The notes under the pieces were generated by a model that saw only the letters and a program-made list of their open reading frames with translations, was not told the DNA's origin and did no database searches. A stretch of DNA of 10,301 nt from a bacterium (GTDB taxonomy: Bacteria > SAR324 > NAC60-12): contig CBDDTI010000541.1 of assembly GCA_965233585.1 (NCBI GenBank), forward strand, positions 1 to 10,301, read 5' to 3'. This document shows positions 9,621 to 10,301 of the stretch, piece by piece (position 1 is the first letter of the stretch; every line of letters begins with the position of its first letter). The translations under genes were made by a program, and so were the position numbers.

Positions 9621-10301
9621 ATCTTGCCTTCACGTAAAGGAGTAATGGGCTCAGGTCCCAGGCAATCAAGATGTCAGTGCTTCTTAAGTACACAGCAGTT
9701 AATTTCCATGTATCAGTATAGCAGAGACAATTGTAGACTTAAACTGTGCCGGACTTGGCAACACAGGGAAGATAGCAAAGGCAGACACAAATACAGACCA
9801 TGTCAACTACCTTCAATTCTAGGACTTAGTCTATGACATATGCAAGGAATTTCTCGAACCGTGGGCTGACTGTGGAGCTCTCCAAAGAGGACCTCATCAA
9901 TTAGCTACTCAAGATCAAGGACACGCATCAAGCCTGAAATAGTACTAAGACATCCTTTGACTTGATTGTAATTAACCCAATAAAGGACAAGAGGAAGACA
10001 TTAAGACTCGTATCCATCATTTGTTTTAGCCTGACGCCGTTTCTTTCCTTATTTTGGGTTTGCAATCTTATGGCGATTTCACAACAAAAACTCCCAGCGA
10101 TTGCTTAAAATTGGTAGCTATTGCACTGACTTCACTGACAATGCTTTATTTTTGATAAAACTTTATAGAAAAAAGGAGCAACTTATAAAAAATTATCGCC
10201 TAAGCCATGAGGAACAGTTAATCATACGAAAAAGGTCATAATGTGCATATACGGCTATGAAAATTGTTGCACGTCTCGACTATTTTTGTTCCTTTTTCAT
10301 A

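Noticed and set aside
7472..9836. Short ORFs of 60-111 aa across the right third of the window
   Set aside because: They fall within or cross the boundaries of non-coding repeats, with no coherent protein or splice pattern.

Overview
AT-rich eukaryotic, non-genic-looking DNA made mostly of nested and decayed transposable elements. The repeat families resemble those I recall from stony-coral (cnidarian) genomes; this is an inference, not a database result. I see no intact protein-coding gene, and none of the ORF-track entries is credible. From left to right: (1) ~2.5 kb of unassigned sequence with a long palindrome and a promoter-like motif cluster; (2) a heavily decayed Penelope-like element (PLE) reverse transcriptase on the minus strand (~2810-3979), whose Ile codons have expanded into an (ATT)16 microsatellite; (3) the better preserved 3' end of a second PLE (GIY-YIG C-terminus plus 3' UTR) carrying an intact-looking minimal hammerhead ribozyme at 4143-4185 (minus); (4) a TTAA-flanked MITE with perfect 13-bp TIRs (4596-5481) holding a LINE 3' tail and a templated-insertion scar; (5) a CR1/L2-type RT fragment split by a MITE that is itself split by another element; (6) further nested non-autonomous DNA elements and a possible decayed SAP-domain remnant. 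The hammerhead is the best candidate for a functional element, but PLE hammerheads are a known class. I found no convincing wholly new system.
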